A stretch of 64,000 nt of DNA from Myxococcota bacterium (GTDB taxonomy: Bacteria; Myxococcota_A; UBA796; SXON01), in NCBI GenBank assembly GCA_040386535.1, contig JAZKFH010000011.1, positions 64,001 to 128,000 of the forward strand, given 5' to 3'. The translations under genes and the position numbers were made by a program. This document shows positions 1-9,203 of this stretch, piece after piece. The notes under the pieces were generated by a model. It ran no database searches. It saw only the letters and a program-made list of their open reading frames with translations, and had not been told where the DNA came from. Numbering within the stretch: position 1 is the stretch's first letter; every line of letters starts with the position of its first letter.

Positions 1-3000
1 CAGCCGTACAGCCGCACCTCGAGCGAGATGGGGACGGGCGGGCCGCCGCGGCTGGTACGCGCGAGGTGGCCGGCGCCGAGCACGCGCAAGCCGAGCTGGC
101 CGGGGGCGCGCGGCAGGCCGAGGGTGCAGAACCGCACGTCGACCTCGCCGTCGGTCGCGGCCACCTCGAGCATCCCGGCGAGCCACAACCCCGCGAGCCA
201 CGCGTCCGCGCCGGCGTGCCCGCCGCCAGCGGGGTGGAGCCCGAGGCTCACGCCGTCGGCATCGGCCTCGAACCGGGGGCACGCGCGGGCGTCCGCGGTG
301 CGGAGGGTGAAGCCGTCCCGCGTGCGCGCCCCGAGCCGCGCGGCCGGGAGCGTGGGCGAGCCGCGGATCGCCACGACGGGGTGGAGCCCGGTGGTGGACG
401 CCAACGCGGCCTCCACGGAGTCGTGGACGGGCAGCCCCGCCAGCACGCCGAACGGCGCCTCGTCGGGCGAGACCCAGGCCTCGACCGGCAGCCCGAACGC
501 CCGATCGAACGGCGGGGGCGCCGTGTCCGGGCCGAGCCACTCGGGGGTGGGCATCCGGTCGGGCCGCGCCGTGCCCGCGCCGACCGCGCCGGGCCGCCCG
601 ATCCGCGTCGAGGCGCGCGCGTCGTCGAACGCCGGCGCCACCGAGAGCATGGCCCGCCCGAGGAACGGATCCACCCCCACCGTGCCCTCGGGTTGGGGCG
701 CCAGCGGCCCGGCCCAGGTCAACAGGCTGCGGTGCCCGACGGTGTAGGGGCGCCACGCCCAGCGCCCGACCACGCCGTGACGCGGCGCCGGGGCGGGCGC
801 GTGGGCGAGCGGCGTGGCGCGGCCGCCGGGGCGCGGCGGGGGGGCCACCTCGCCGGAGGCGAGCGCGCTGGAGCCGTCCGCGAACACGTCGAACGCCACG
901 GTCTCGCCGGCCCGCGTGTCGATGTCCGGGAGGAAGGCGAGGAGCGACCGGCCGGCGGCGCCGACGGCCACGGTGGGCGCGCGCAGCGGGCACGCCCCGA
1001 CGATGACGAACCGGTCACCGTCGACAGCGAGCTCCCCGAAGGCGGGCGGCGGCGGGCCGTCCTCTTCGCGGAGGGTCCAGTCCCGCGGCCCGAGGGTGGC
1101 GAGCGACGGGCGCAGCCGGTCGGCCCACACCAGGACGCTCGGCCCCGGCCCGATCGCCAGCACCCCCGGCCCCCCGGCCTCGATGGGCAGCGGCGGCGCC
1201 GCGACCCAGGCGCCGCGCGGCTCGTTCGGATCGATCGACCAGACCCCGGCCTCCAGGTGGTCCTCGGTGATCCAGCCGCCGGCGAGCCAGATGCGGCCGG
1301 CCTCGAAGGAGAGGCTCGCGCCCGCGCGCTGGGGCCGCAGCCGCCACCGTTCGCGCCGCCACGCCCCGCCCGCGAGCGGGACGCTCCACGTGTCCGCCAG
1401 CACGGCCTCGCCCTGCTGCCCGCCGTGGACGTACAAACGGTCGCCCGCGACCACCGCCCCGGGGGCGTACGCCGCCGCCGGCACGCGGCCCGCCGTGGTG
1501 TCGCAACGCTCCACGGCCCAGCCGCCCACCCCCGGCGTGAGCCGCCAGGCGCCGAGCTGCTCGCCGTCGGGCGCCACGAGGAACAGCCCCGTGCCGTCGG
1601 TCGCCAAGACGAGGCCGATCGTGTCGATCGGGAGGGCGCCGAGAACGGTCTCGTCCGCCCAGTCCGCGCCGCCGAGCGACCGGAGGCGGAGCGTCTGCGC
1701 CACGGCGACGAAGCGGTACACGACGCCGGCGAGGACGACCGCGTTGGAGCGGGGCACGCCGGGCTCCGTTCCCACGGCCAGGGGCGCCCACGTGCCGTCC
1801 GCCGCGCGCGCGTGGCCGCTGGACGCGCCGCGGGTGAGCCGGAGGCGCACCGTGCTGCCGGCGGGCGGCGGGGCGACCACGTGCGTGCCGCCCAACCCGC
1901 CCAGGTCCGCCCGCATGACCTCGGTCTCGGTGCCGGTGGCGCCGATCAGGTGGAGCGACCAGGTGTCGGACGCGGCCATCCGCGTCGGGTCGCAGAACCG
2001 CAGCAACGGGGCGCGGGGGAGCGGCGCGAGGGGCGCCGGCGTCGGGGCCGCCCGCGCGAGCGGAGGGCCGACCAGGGGGATGCCGTCGAGGGTGATGGCG
2101 ATGGCTCCGGCCGCCTCGATGGTGTCAGCGGCTTCGGCGAGCGCCGTGGGCGTGAGCAACGCGACGTGCCGGCGCGCCTCGGTCGGGGTCGGGCCGCGCT
2201 CGTGGCGGGGGCCGAGCCCGGACGGCACCACTTCGCGGTCGACCGCGGGGCGCCAGGCCAGCGGCACGGTGCGCTCGTCGGGATCGAACGCGAACACGAC
2301 GCCTTCGCCGCCGCCGAGCAGCGGGGGCCGGCGGATCGGCCCGACCCGGAGGCCCTCCCGCTCGAGCTCCACGAAGCGCGTGGTGCGGACGAGCAGCACG
2401 TCGGGGCGCACCGCGCCGCGCAGATCGAGCGTGCGGGGCAGCAGCGCCTGGCGGCCGGCGTCGGCGCCCCCGAGGCGCCGGAGCGCCGCGTCGAGCCCCT
2501 CTCCGGGCAGCGCCGACCAGGTCGCGCTCGCCGAGAGGCCGGGATCGAGGATGTCCTGCGGCGGCTGCGCGCGGCGGGAGAGCGGGTCCGCGAGCAGCAC
2601 GGGCGAGCGGATCACCGGGGAGCGCCCGCGCCACGTGAGGGGGTGGTGGATGTCCTGGTTGACGAGGACCGAGCGGAAGCCCTCCTCGACCTCGGCGGTC
2701 CACCCGGTGGTGACGGCCACCACGTCCTCGATCGTCGCGAGCGAGCCGCGCGCACGCCGCCAGTGCACGCCGCGCGCGAGCACGCCGCGCATCACCGCGG
2801 TGTCCCGGCGCGTGAGGTGCACGCCCAGGCGCTCGGCGATGAGCGGGAGCGCCTCGGCGCTCGCGCGCTCCACGAACGCGTCGCTGCCGAGCTGCCGGAC
2901 ATCCTGCTCGAGGTTGTCCAGCGCGCCGCCGAGCACGTCGAGCAGGCGACGCAGGGGCGCGTCCTTCTGCTGTGCGTCCCGCGCCGCGTACAGCCCCGGG

Positions 3001-3035
3001 AGGCGCCGCAACATCCACGTGCCGGTGCGCCTCAT
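1..3035 (-). CDS. eCIS baseplate wedge/tail protein (P2 gpI-like N-terminus) with internal Kelch-like repeats; C-terminus lies beyond the window
   Basis: Absent from the ORF track because it has no stop inside the window. Translated by hand from ATG 3035, which overlaps the previous stop (ATGA): MRRTGTWMLRRLPGLYAARDAQQKDAPLRRLLDVLGGALDNLEQDVRQL...WRRARGSLATIEDVVAVTTGW. Later come GDRLYVHGG, GRIWLAGG, WVAAPPLP, VDPFLGR and VRFCTL. The frame stays open to base 3. Confidence 0.8.
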   Translation of the reverse strand, partial: MRRTGTWMLRRLPGLYAARDAQQKDAPLRRLLDVLGGALDNLEQDVRQLGSDAFVERASAEALPLIAERLGVHLTRRDTAVMRGVLARGVHWRRARGSLATIEDVVAVTTGWTAEVEEGFRSVLVNQDIHHPLTWRGRSPVIRSPVLLADPLSRRAQPPQDILDPGLSASATWSALPGEGLDAALRRLGGADAGRQALLPRTLDLRGAVRPDVLLVRTTRFVELEREGLRVGPIRRPPLLGGGEGVVFAFDPDERTVPLAWRPAVDREVVPSGLGPRHERGPTPTEARRHVALLTPTALAEAADTIEAAGAIAITLDGIPLVGPPLARAAPTPAPLAPLPRAPLLRFCDPTRMAASDTWSLHLIGATGTETEVMRADLGGLGGTHVVAPPPAGSTVRLRLTRGASSGHARAADGTWAPLAVGTEPGVPRSNAVVLAGVVYRFVAVAQTLRLRSLGGADWADETVLGALPIDTIGLVLATDGTGLFLVAPDGEQLGAWRLTPGVGGWAVERCDTTAGRVPAAAYAPGAVVAGDRLYVHGGQQGEAVLADTWSVPLAGGAWRRERWRLRPQRAGASLSFEAGRIWLAGGWITEDHLEAGVWSIDPNEPRGAWVAAPPLPIEAGGPGVLAIGPGPSVLVWADRLRPSLATLGPRDWTLREEDGPPPPAFGELAVDGDRFVIVGACPLRAPTVAVGAAGRSLLAFLPDIDTRAGETVAFDVFADGSSALASGEVAPPPRPGGRATPLAHAPAPAPRHGVVGRWAWRPYTVGHRSLLTWAGPLAPQPEGTVGVDPFLGRAMLSVAPAFDDARASTRIGRPGAVGAGTARPDRMPTPEWLGPDTAPPPFDRAFGLPVEAWVSPDEAPFGVLAGLPVHDSVEAALASTTGLHPVVAIRGSPTLPAARLGARTRDGFTLRTADARACPRFEADADGVSLGLHPAGGGHAGADAWLAGLWLAGMLEVAATDGEVDVRFCTLGLPRAPGQLGLRVLGAGHLARTSRGGPPVPISLEVRLYG

Positions 3036-5389
3036 CGGTCGACGTCCTCCTCGTAGCGCAGCTCGACCCCGCCCTCGTCCCACACGAGCACCTCGTCGGC
3101 CGCGGCCTCCACGCGCGAGGCGAGCGCCGTCGGCGTGTCGGCGCGGTGGAGCGCCCAGACCACGACGCCGCGCACGCCCTCGGTGGTGGTGACGGCGCCG
3201 TAGACCTCGGACAGCTGCAGATCGTCGTCGAGGCGCAGGCGCTCGGGGCCCAGGAGGCCCGGCGCGGGACCGACCTCGACGCCGAGGGCCTCCCGCGCGA
3301 GCCGGAGCGTGACGACGGGATCGGCGCCCGGCCGGCCCCGCACGAGCGCCGACATCCGCACGGGCACCCGCGTCGGCGCGCGCACCACGATGCGCACGCC
3401 GGGGGGCACGCGGGCGCGCAGGAAGGTGGTGAGCTCCGCCATCGTGCTCGGCGGCAATACGACGGAGCCGGGGGCGGTGGCGACGACGACCACCACGCCG
3501 CGCGGCGAGCCCGCCGGCCGGAACACCCGCGCGTGGGAGACGCCGTCGAAGCGGGCCGCCACGGCGGCGAGGTCCTCGAAGGAGACGGCCCGATCCATGG
3601 CGCGGACGGCGCCCGGCGCGCGCACGCGGGCCTCCTCGATGCTCTCCCCGTCCGCCCCGCCCCAGGTCGGGAGCGGGTTGGAGGTGGACTCCACGAACGG
3701 CGAGTCGCCGCCGGGCGCGTCGATGCGCCCCGTGGCGCGGTTGCCCGCGGCGCCGCGTCCGATCCGGTACGTGAGCACCAGCGCGGCGCCCTCCGGAACG
3801 GCCGCCCCCTCGGCGCTGTCGCCGAACCACACCGCGGCCGACTCTCCCGCGCCGGTCTCGACCAGAAAGGCCGGCTCGCTCGGGCCGCGGCCCACCAGGC
3901 GCTCCACGCGCGGCCAGAGCTGCCCGTTCACCGTCACCCGGATCGCCGGCCGGCGTCCCCCGAGCGCCGTCGCGTCGCGAAGCCACGTGAGCGGCCCCTG
4001 CGAGAGCACGATCGGCCCGGTGCCGGCGCGCACGTGGAGGTCCTCCACCGTGCGGCCCTCCGACACCAGGGCGATGTTCCCCAGGATCAGCATCCGGTCG
4101 ACTGGCAGCGGCGCCAGGAGCGGGGGCTCGAAGCGAATGACGTCCCCGTCCACCGCGGAGAGGCGCACGGCCTGCCTCCCCACCGGCGTGCTCCCCGAGC
4201 CCGGCACGTCCACCCGCTCGGCGATCACCAGCCAGTCGCCCGCCCGCAGCGGCGGATGCGCCCGGTCGAAGCCGAGGCGCAGCGTGTTGCTGCCCGCGGC
4301 GGCGATGCCCTGGCCGGGCGGCGTAGCGAACAGCTGGTCCATGCGCCGGAGCGCCGCGAGGCCCTCGGTAAGCACGACCGCGTCGCGAGCGCCGCGCGCC
4401 AGGCCCTCGCCGAGCGCGTCGAGCACGGTCGCGAGCGCGTCCAGGCGCGTGTTTCGTTCGTTCTCCGACCCGCCGCACGGCGCCACCACCCCTTCGAGCG
4501 CCGTCTTCGCGCCGGGCGGGAGCTTCTGGACCTGCGCCGCCAGCAAGCGCTGCATCGGCGACGGGGGGAGCGGGAGCGGGTTGCCCGCCGGCTCGGTGGC
4601 GCACGCGAGGGCGCAGAGGGCGGCTTCCGCCTCGGGCGTGAGGGCGCCCACCTCTTTGAGCGCGTCCTTGCTGGCCTTGAGCTCCAGCACCCGGGCGCGT
4701 GCACGCGCGGCCGACGCCGAGCTCCGGTAGCTGCTGTTGCGGCCCTCGAGCAGCGCGCGCAACGCGTCGGGTGTGGAGAGCCCGGGCTGGAGGTGCGCGG
4801 GCGCGCCGGGCGTCGGCGGCGTCGGGTTCGCGCCGCCGTCGGTGCCGCCGGTACCGTCGCCGCTGCCGCCGCCGCTGCCGGTCTCCCCGACCCCGTCGGT
4901 TCCGTTGTCCATGACCGCCGCGACCCGGATCTGGTTGAACGCCGGGTGGATGTCGAGGGGGTGGAGGGTCTCGAACGTCGCGTCGGGCTCCTCCCCGAGC
5001 GCGGGGGAGAGCAGGCGGAAGCCCACCGGCACGGTTCCGCCCGCGCCTTCCCGGCACCGAAGCTGTTGAAAACCGAGCGCCGCCACGCCCGGGGCGGGCC
5101 GGTAGCCGAGGTCCGCCACGAGATCGAAGAGCGCGTCCTCCCGCGTGGCGGTGGCGAGGAACCCTTCGGTGCCCCAGCCCTCCTGGTACGTCCGGAGCAC
5201 GTGGAGCGCGGTGGCCGCCGCGTCGAGCACGGTGCGGCCGAGGTCTCCGGGGAGGTTCGCCGCGGGATCCCAGGTCGCGCGGGTGCCCGAGGGGCGCGCC
5301 TCGGAGAAGGCGACCCGCACCGCGGTGTGCAGCGCGGTGACCTCGTCCGCATGCGGACGGGCGCGCAACGCGCGCGGCAGGCGGGTCAT
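3032..5389 (-). CDS. Baseplate J-like (gp6/gp47) protein 2
   Basis: Contains EGFLATATREDALFDLVADLGYRP, FETL, WFGD...G..P, YRIGRGAAGN, NPLPTWGGADGESIEEARVRAP and DRAVSFED. ATG 5389 overlaps the upstream stop. Confidence 0.9.
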   Translation of the reverse strand: MTRLPRALRARPHADEVTALHTAVRVAFSEARPSGTRATWDPAANLPGDLGRTVLDAAATALHVLRTYQEGWGTEGFLATATREDALFDLVADLGYRPAPGVAALGFQQLRCREGAGGTVPVGFRLLSPALGEEPDATFETLHPLDIHPAFNQIRVAAVMDNGTDGVGETGSGGGSGDGTGGTDGGANPTPPTPGAPAHLQPGLSTPDALRALLEGRNSSYRSSASAARARARVLELKASKDALKEVGALTPEAEAALCALACATEPAGNPLPLPPSPMQRLLAAQVQKLPPGAKTALEGVVAPCGGSENERNTRLDALATVLDALGEGLARGARDAVVLTEGLAALRRMDQLFATPPGQGIAAAGSNTLRLGFDRAHPPLRAGDWLVIAERVDVPGSGSTPVGRQAVRLSAVDGDVIRFEPPLLAPLPVDRMLILGNIALVSEGRTVEDLHVRAGTGPIVLSQGPLTWLRDATALGGRRPAIRVTVNGQLWPRVERLVGRGPSEPAFLVETGAGESAAVWFGDSAEGAAVPEGAALVLTYRIGRGAAGNRATGRIDAPGGDSPFVESTSNPLPTWGGADGESIEEARVRAPGAVRAMDRAVSFEDLAAVAARFDGVSHARVFRPAGSPRGVVVVVATAPGSVVLPPSTMAELTTFLRARVPPGVRIVVRAPTRVPVRMSALVRGRPGADPVVTLRLAREALGVEVGPAPGLLGPERLRLDDDLQLSEVYGAVTTTEGVRGVVVWALHRADTPTALASRVEAAADEVLVWDEGGVELRYEEDVDR

Positions 5390-8300
5390 CGCAGTCCTCC
5401 ACACACCGAGAGCGTCAGCAGGCCCTCACGCTTCGCCAGCCGCCGCAGCGTCGCGACCTCGTGCGCGCCGATCGGCAGCACGCCCTCCTCGATCCAGTCC
5501 TTCTGCGGCGGCCCGAGGCTCACGCGTGTCGTGCCGGTCACCGGGACCACGCCGCCGGCGGGCGCCCCGGCTGTCCACCGGCGCAGGCGGAGCACGCGCG
5601 CGGCGGCCACGCCCGGCACCGCGGCCACGGCGGCGTAGATGTCGGAGAGGTGCACGTCGCCGCCGAGGCCCGCGCGGTCGGGATCGAACAGGCCGCCCTC
5701 GCCCGCGAGCGCGGCACGCACGCCGCGGTCCACGACGTCGGCGTGGGCGTGCGGGTGGGCGTCGACCGACAGGTCCAGGTCGAGCGAGACCCATCGGGGC
5801 GGCACGCTCTCGACCTCGATGCCACACATCCGCACCGCCTCGAGCCGCTGGCGCACGACGGCCCAGCGCCGGAGCACCTCGTCGTCGGGCAGGGTGTCCT
5901 CGTCCCGCAGCAGCACGGTGACGCGCACCAGCGGCCGGAGCCCGCCCAGGAGCACCTCCGCGCGCGCGCCGGCCACCTCGGCGAGCTCCGCCACCAGGGC
6001 CGCGCAGTCGTCCGCGGTCACGGCGGTCTGCGGGGTCCAGAGCACCACCGGGGCGCGGCGTCGGATGCGCTCCGTCGGCTCGGGTTCCCGCCCGCCCACG
6101 GCCGAGAGCGGGTTGGTCACGCGGATCAGGGCGCGCAGCCGCTCCTCGACGCCCGTGGCGCCGTCTGCCCCCACGCGGAGGTGCAGCGGAGCCTCGCCCG
6201 GGGGCGCCGCGCCGAACGAGAGGATCCCGGTGAGCGCGCCCGCGCCGACGTTTCCGACGGTCCCGAGCCCCACGGCGACGCCGACCACGAGCTCGACCGG
6301 CCCCTCGGGCAGGGGGGCGCCGTTGGTGCCGTCGCCGAAGCGCACGACCGTGCGCCCCTCGAGCCCGGCGCGGAGCACGAACACCTCCTCGTCGGCGCCC
6401 GCGAGGGACAGGTCGTCCACCCGGCGCCACGGGTCCCCCTCCACCTGCACGGACACCCGCGGCTCGCCCCGGCGCGCGCGCTCGGTGGGGAGCGGCCAGC
6501 CCGGCGCCACCCGGCTCAGCGGCGCGTAGGGGAGCTCCACTTCACGCGTGGACGCGCCGTCGGCGAGGCGCACGGTCAGCGCGCGAGTCCACCCGGCGAA
6601 CGGCCCCGCGACGCCGGGGTCGAGCCAGAGCGCGTGGCTCGCCGAGACGAAGTTCGCGCAGATCCGCGTGGGAACGGGCTCGCCGGTGATCGGCGACGGC
6701 GCGAGGCGCGCAAAGACCGCAGGGGCGGGACGGCGCGGATCCCAGTGGATGACCGTCGTCCCGGCCGCGAGCTCGATCGTCGTGACGCGGACCACGTGGC
6801 GGCGCTCGTCCGGTGCCTCCAGCACGAGCCAGCGCCCCGCGAGGCTCGGGAGCGTGCCGGGCACGACGGCGCGGCAGTCGCCGACGAGCACGTCCGCCGC
6901 GAGGCGCAGGTCGTCCACGTCGGCGTCGAACACGAGGTCCTCGTCCGTGGAGAAGGCGGCGGCCCAGGCGTCGAAGGGGCCGTTCGCCACCACGGTCCCC
7001 GCGGGGATGCACAGGTCCGAGAGCCCGGCGGCCGCGAGGTGCGCGCGCAGGGGCTCCTCCGCGCCCGCGGCGGCGGCGCCCGCGATGGTGTCGACCATGG
7101 CGTGATCGAGGGAGAACCGGAGCAGCGCCGTTGCCGAGAGGCCGGGATCCGCGGTGTAGTCGAGGGTGCGGGCGTGATCCTCGACCGAGCGGCGTCGCTG
7201 CGCGCCGACCAGGGTGCGCTCGGCCGCGCCGGCCTCCTGGAGCCACGCGATGCGATCGAGCTCGGACGCGAACAGCTCGAGCACGGCGGTGGTCAGATCG
7301 GCGGGCACGAGGGGTGCGGCGTCCGGCGTGGTCGTCGCGATGCGCCGCTTCATCAGCTCGAGCAGGCCGGCGTAGTCGTGGGCGCGGTAGTCGAGCACCG
7401 GATCGGCGGGGAGAGGCGCGGGCTGGGCTTCGGCCGGGCGCGCCTCCGGATCGGACGATGTGCACACCGGCGCGAGGGTGGCGGGGCGCGCGCCGACGCT
7501 GGCGACGAGCCGCGATCCGTCCTCGCGCACGTCCGACGGCACGGCGACCGCGAGCGGGGCGAAGTCGGGGTGGACCGACAGGTCGTGATCGACGGGCGCG
7601 GGCAGGGCGCCGAACGCGAGGGAGCCGAGGTCGATGGCGGGCGCCGCCGCGAACGGGGCCGTGGGCCACGCGCGCCAGGGCCAGCCGGGGGCGTCGGCGT
7701 AGAGCGCCTGGGCAGTCGCGACGACTGCGGCGGGGTCTGCCTGGACCGGCGGCGCGCCGGCGCGCAGCGCGAGGATCCCGTACATCCACAGCTCGGCGGG
7801 GCCCACGCGCACCGGCCCGGCCTGGTCGACGAGGCTCATCGACGCGAGGAGGATCCGGTCGCCGTCGAGGCGGAGGCCCCCTCCCACCCAGGCCTCGATC
7901 CGCACCAGCTCGAGGTTGCGCAACCCGCCCTCGACGTGCGCGGCGGGGCCCGCGATGCGGTCGAGGACCAGATCTTCGAGACGCACGGTGCCGGGCTCTC
8001 CGTCCCGCAGCACGGGATCGCCCTCGTCGACCGCGGCGTGCACGCCCACGCCGACGGCGCCGCCGGTGATGTCGCGGACCGCGAGCTCCCGCAGCAGCAC
8101 CCCTTCGCGCGACGGCGCCGCCTCCACCCGGATCGCGTGGCTGCTGGCGCCAGCGATCCCGGTGACCGAGCCCACCTCGATCTCCGCGCCGGCGGAGCAG
8201 CGCACGAGCAGCCCGGCGACCCGCCCGACCGCCGTGACGGCCCGCACGGTGACGCCGCGGAGCACCACCCGGCCGCCGTCGAGCTCCAGCCCCGCGCCGT

Positions 8301-8835
8301 CCGCGTCCAGGCTCACGTCGGCGACGCGGGCCCCGACCACCACGACCGAATTGGTCGCCGCGAGGCGCGCGCCCGCCGTGACCGGGCCGGACACCCCGGC
8401 GACGTCGAGCTCGCTGACCTCGAGCTCCCCCGCCTGGAGCCGCACGTCCCCGCCGCGCGCCCGCAGCCCCACGACGCGGAGCAGCCCGGCGACCTCGGCG
8501 TCGACAGCGCCGCCGCGCTGGTTGGTGACGGTGGCGCCCGTGGCCCGGAGGCGCAGGCGCCCGGCGCGCACGGTCTCGAGATGGACCTGGTCCCCCTCGA
8601 TGTCCAGGATGTCGACGGAGAGCCCTTCGATGTCGAGCCGCGCCGCGCCGCGGAGGCGGAGCTCTCCCACCAGGGTGCCGCCGCGCAACGACACGCTCCG
8701 GCCCGCGAGATCGAGCTCCAGCGGGGGGGCGAGGGTGGCGGTGGGGAGCACCCACACCACGGGCGTGTCCCCGAGCGCGGCCGCCGCCGCCTCCAGCGCC
8801 GCCCGGAGGCCCGCCGCGGAGAAGGTGGTGGTCAC
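5386..8835 (-). CDS. Baseplate J-like protein 1 with a ~480-aa N-terminal beta-helix-like extension
   Basis: Baseplate-J core: DYRAHDYAGLLELM...AQRRRSVEDHARTLDY, RFGDGTNGAP, NPLSAVGGREPE, AVTADD. GTG 8835 overlaps the gp25 stop, so the track start at 9228 is too far upstream. Confidence 0.88.
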   Translation of the reverse strand: MTTTFSAAGLRAALEAAAAALGDTPVVWVLPTATLAPPLELDLAGRSVSLRGGTLVGELRLRGAARLDIEGLSVDILDIEGDQVHLETVRAGRLRLRATGATVTNQRGGAVDAEVAGLLRVVGLRARGGDVRLQAGELEVSELDVAGVSGPVTAGARLAATNSVVVVGARVADVSLDADGAGLELDGGRVVLRGVTVRAVTAVGRVAGLLVRCSAGAEIEVGSVTGIAGASSHAIRVEAAPSREGVLLRELAVRDITGGAVGVGVHAAVDEGDPVLRDGEPGTVRLEDLVLDRIAGPAAHVEGGLRNLELVRIEAWVGGGLRLDGDRILLASMSLVDQAGPVRVGPAELWMYGILALRAGAPPVQADPAAVVATAQALYADAPGWPWRAWPTAPFAAAPAIDLGSLAFGALPAPVDHDLSVHPDFAPLAVAVPSDVREDGSRLVASVGARPATLAPVCTSSDPEARPAEAQPAPLPADPVLDYRAHDYAGLLELMKRRIATTTPDAAPLVPADLTTAVLELFASELDRIAWLQEAGAAERTLVGAQRRRSVEDHARTLDYTADPGLSATALLRFSLDHAMVDTIAGAAAAGAEEPLRAHLAAAGLSDLCIPAGTVVANGPFDAWAAAFSTDEDLVFDADVDDLRLAADVLVGDCRAVVPGTLPSLAGRWLVLEAPDERRHVVRVTTIELAAGTTVIHWDPRRPAPAVFARLAPSPITGEPVPTRICANFVSASHALWLDPGVAGPFAGWTRALTVRLADGASTREVELPYAPLSRVAPGWPLPTERARRGEPRVSVQVEGDPWRRVDDLSLAGADEEVFVLRAGLEGRTVVRFGDGTNGAPLPEGPVELVVGVAVGLGTVGNVGAGALTGILSFGAAPPGEAPLHLRVGADGATGVEERLRALIRVTNPLSAVGGREPEPTERIRRRAPVVLWTPQTAVTADDCAALVAELAEVAGARAEVLLGGLRPLVRVTVLLRDEDTLPDDEVLRRWAVVRQRLEAVRMCGIEVESVPPRWVSLDLDLSVDAHPHAHADVVDRGVRAALAGEGGLFDPDRAGLGGDVHLSDIYAAVAAVPGVAAARVLRLRRWTAGAPAGGVVPVTGTTRVSLGPPQKDWIEEGVLPIGAHEVATLRRLAKREGLLTLSVCGGLR

Positions 8836-9203
8836 GGGCCCTCCAACACGCGCGCGAAGCTCTCCGCGCGCTCTTCGCCCGTGGCCCGCACCGTGTAGAG
8901 CAGGTCGATCGTGAGGGTGACGCTGTCTACGGTGACGCGGACGGCCTCGAACTGCACCTGCTCGGCGAGGAAGCGCCGCACCGCGACGGCGATGGTGTAC
9001 TCGGCGGCGGCGGCGGTCTCGGCGGTGGCGCCGGAGAACACCAGCCGCTGCACGCCGCAGCCGAAGTCGGGCCGGTTCACCCGCTCGCCCGGGAGCGTGA
9101 ACAGGAGCTGCTCCAGCTGCTCGCGGACGGCGACGGAGGGAGAGAGGGCGACGGGCACCCGTGCGGGCCCGATCCGGAAGGGGAACCCGAGCTGCGACTT
9201 CAT
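8832..9203 (-). CDS. gp25/GPW-like baseplate wedge subunit (sheath initiator)
   Basis: MKSQLGFPFRIG...LEQLLFTLPGERVNRPDFGCG is the gp25-family signature; 123 aa. Confidence 0.93.
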   Translation of the reverse strand: MKSQLGFPFRIGPARVPVALSPSVAVREQLEQLLFTLPGERVNRPDFGCGVQRLVFSGATAETAAAAEYTIAVAVRRFLAEQVQFEAVRVTVDSVTLTIDLLYTVRATGEERAESFARVLEGP

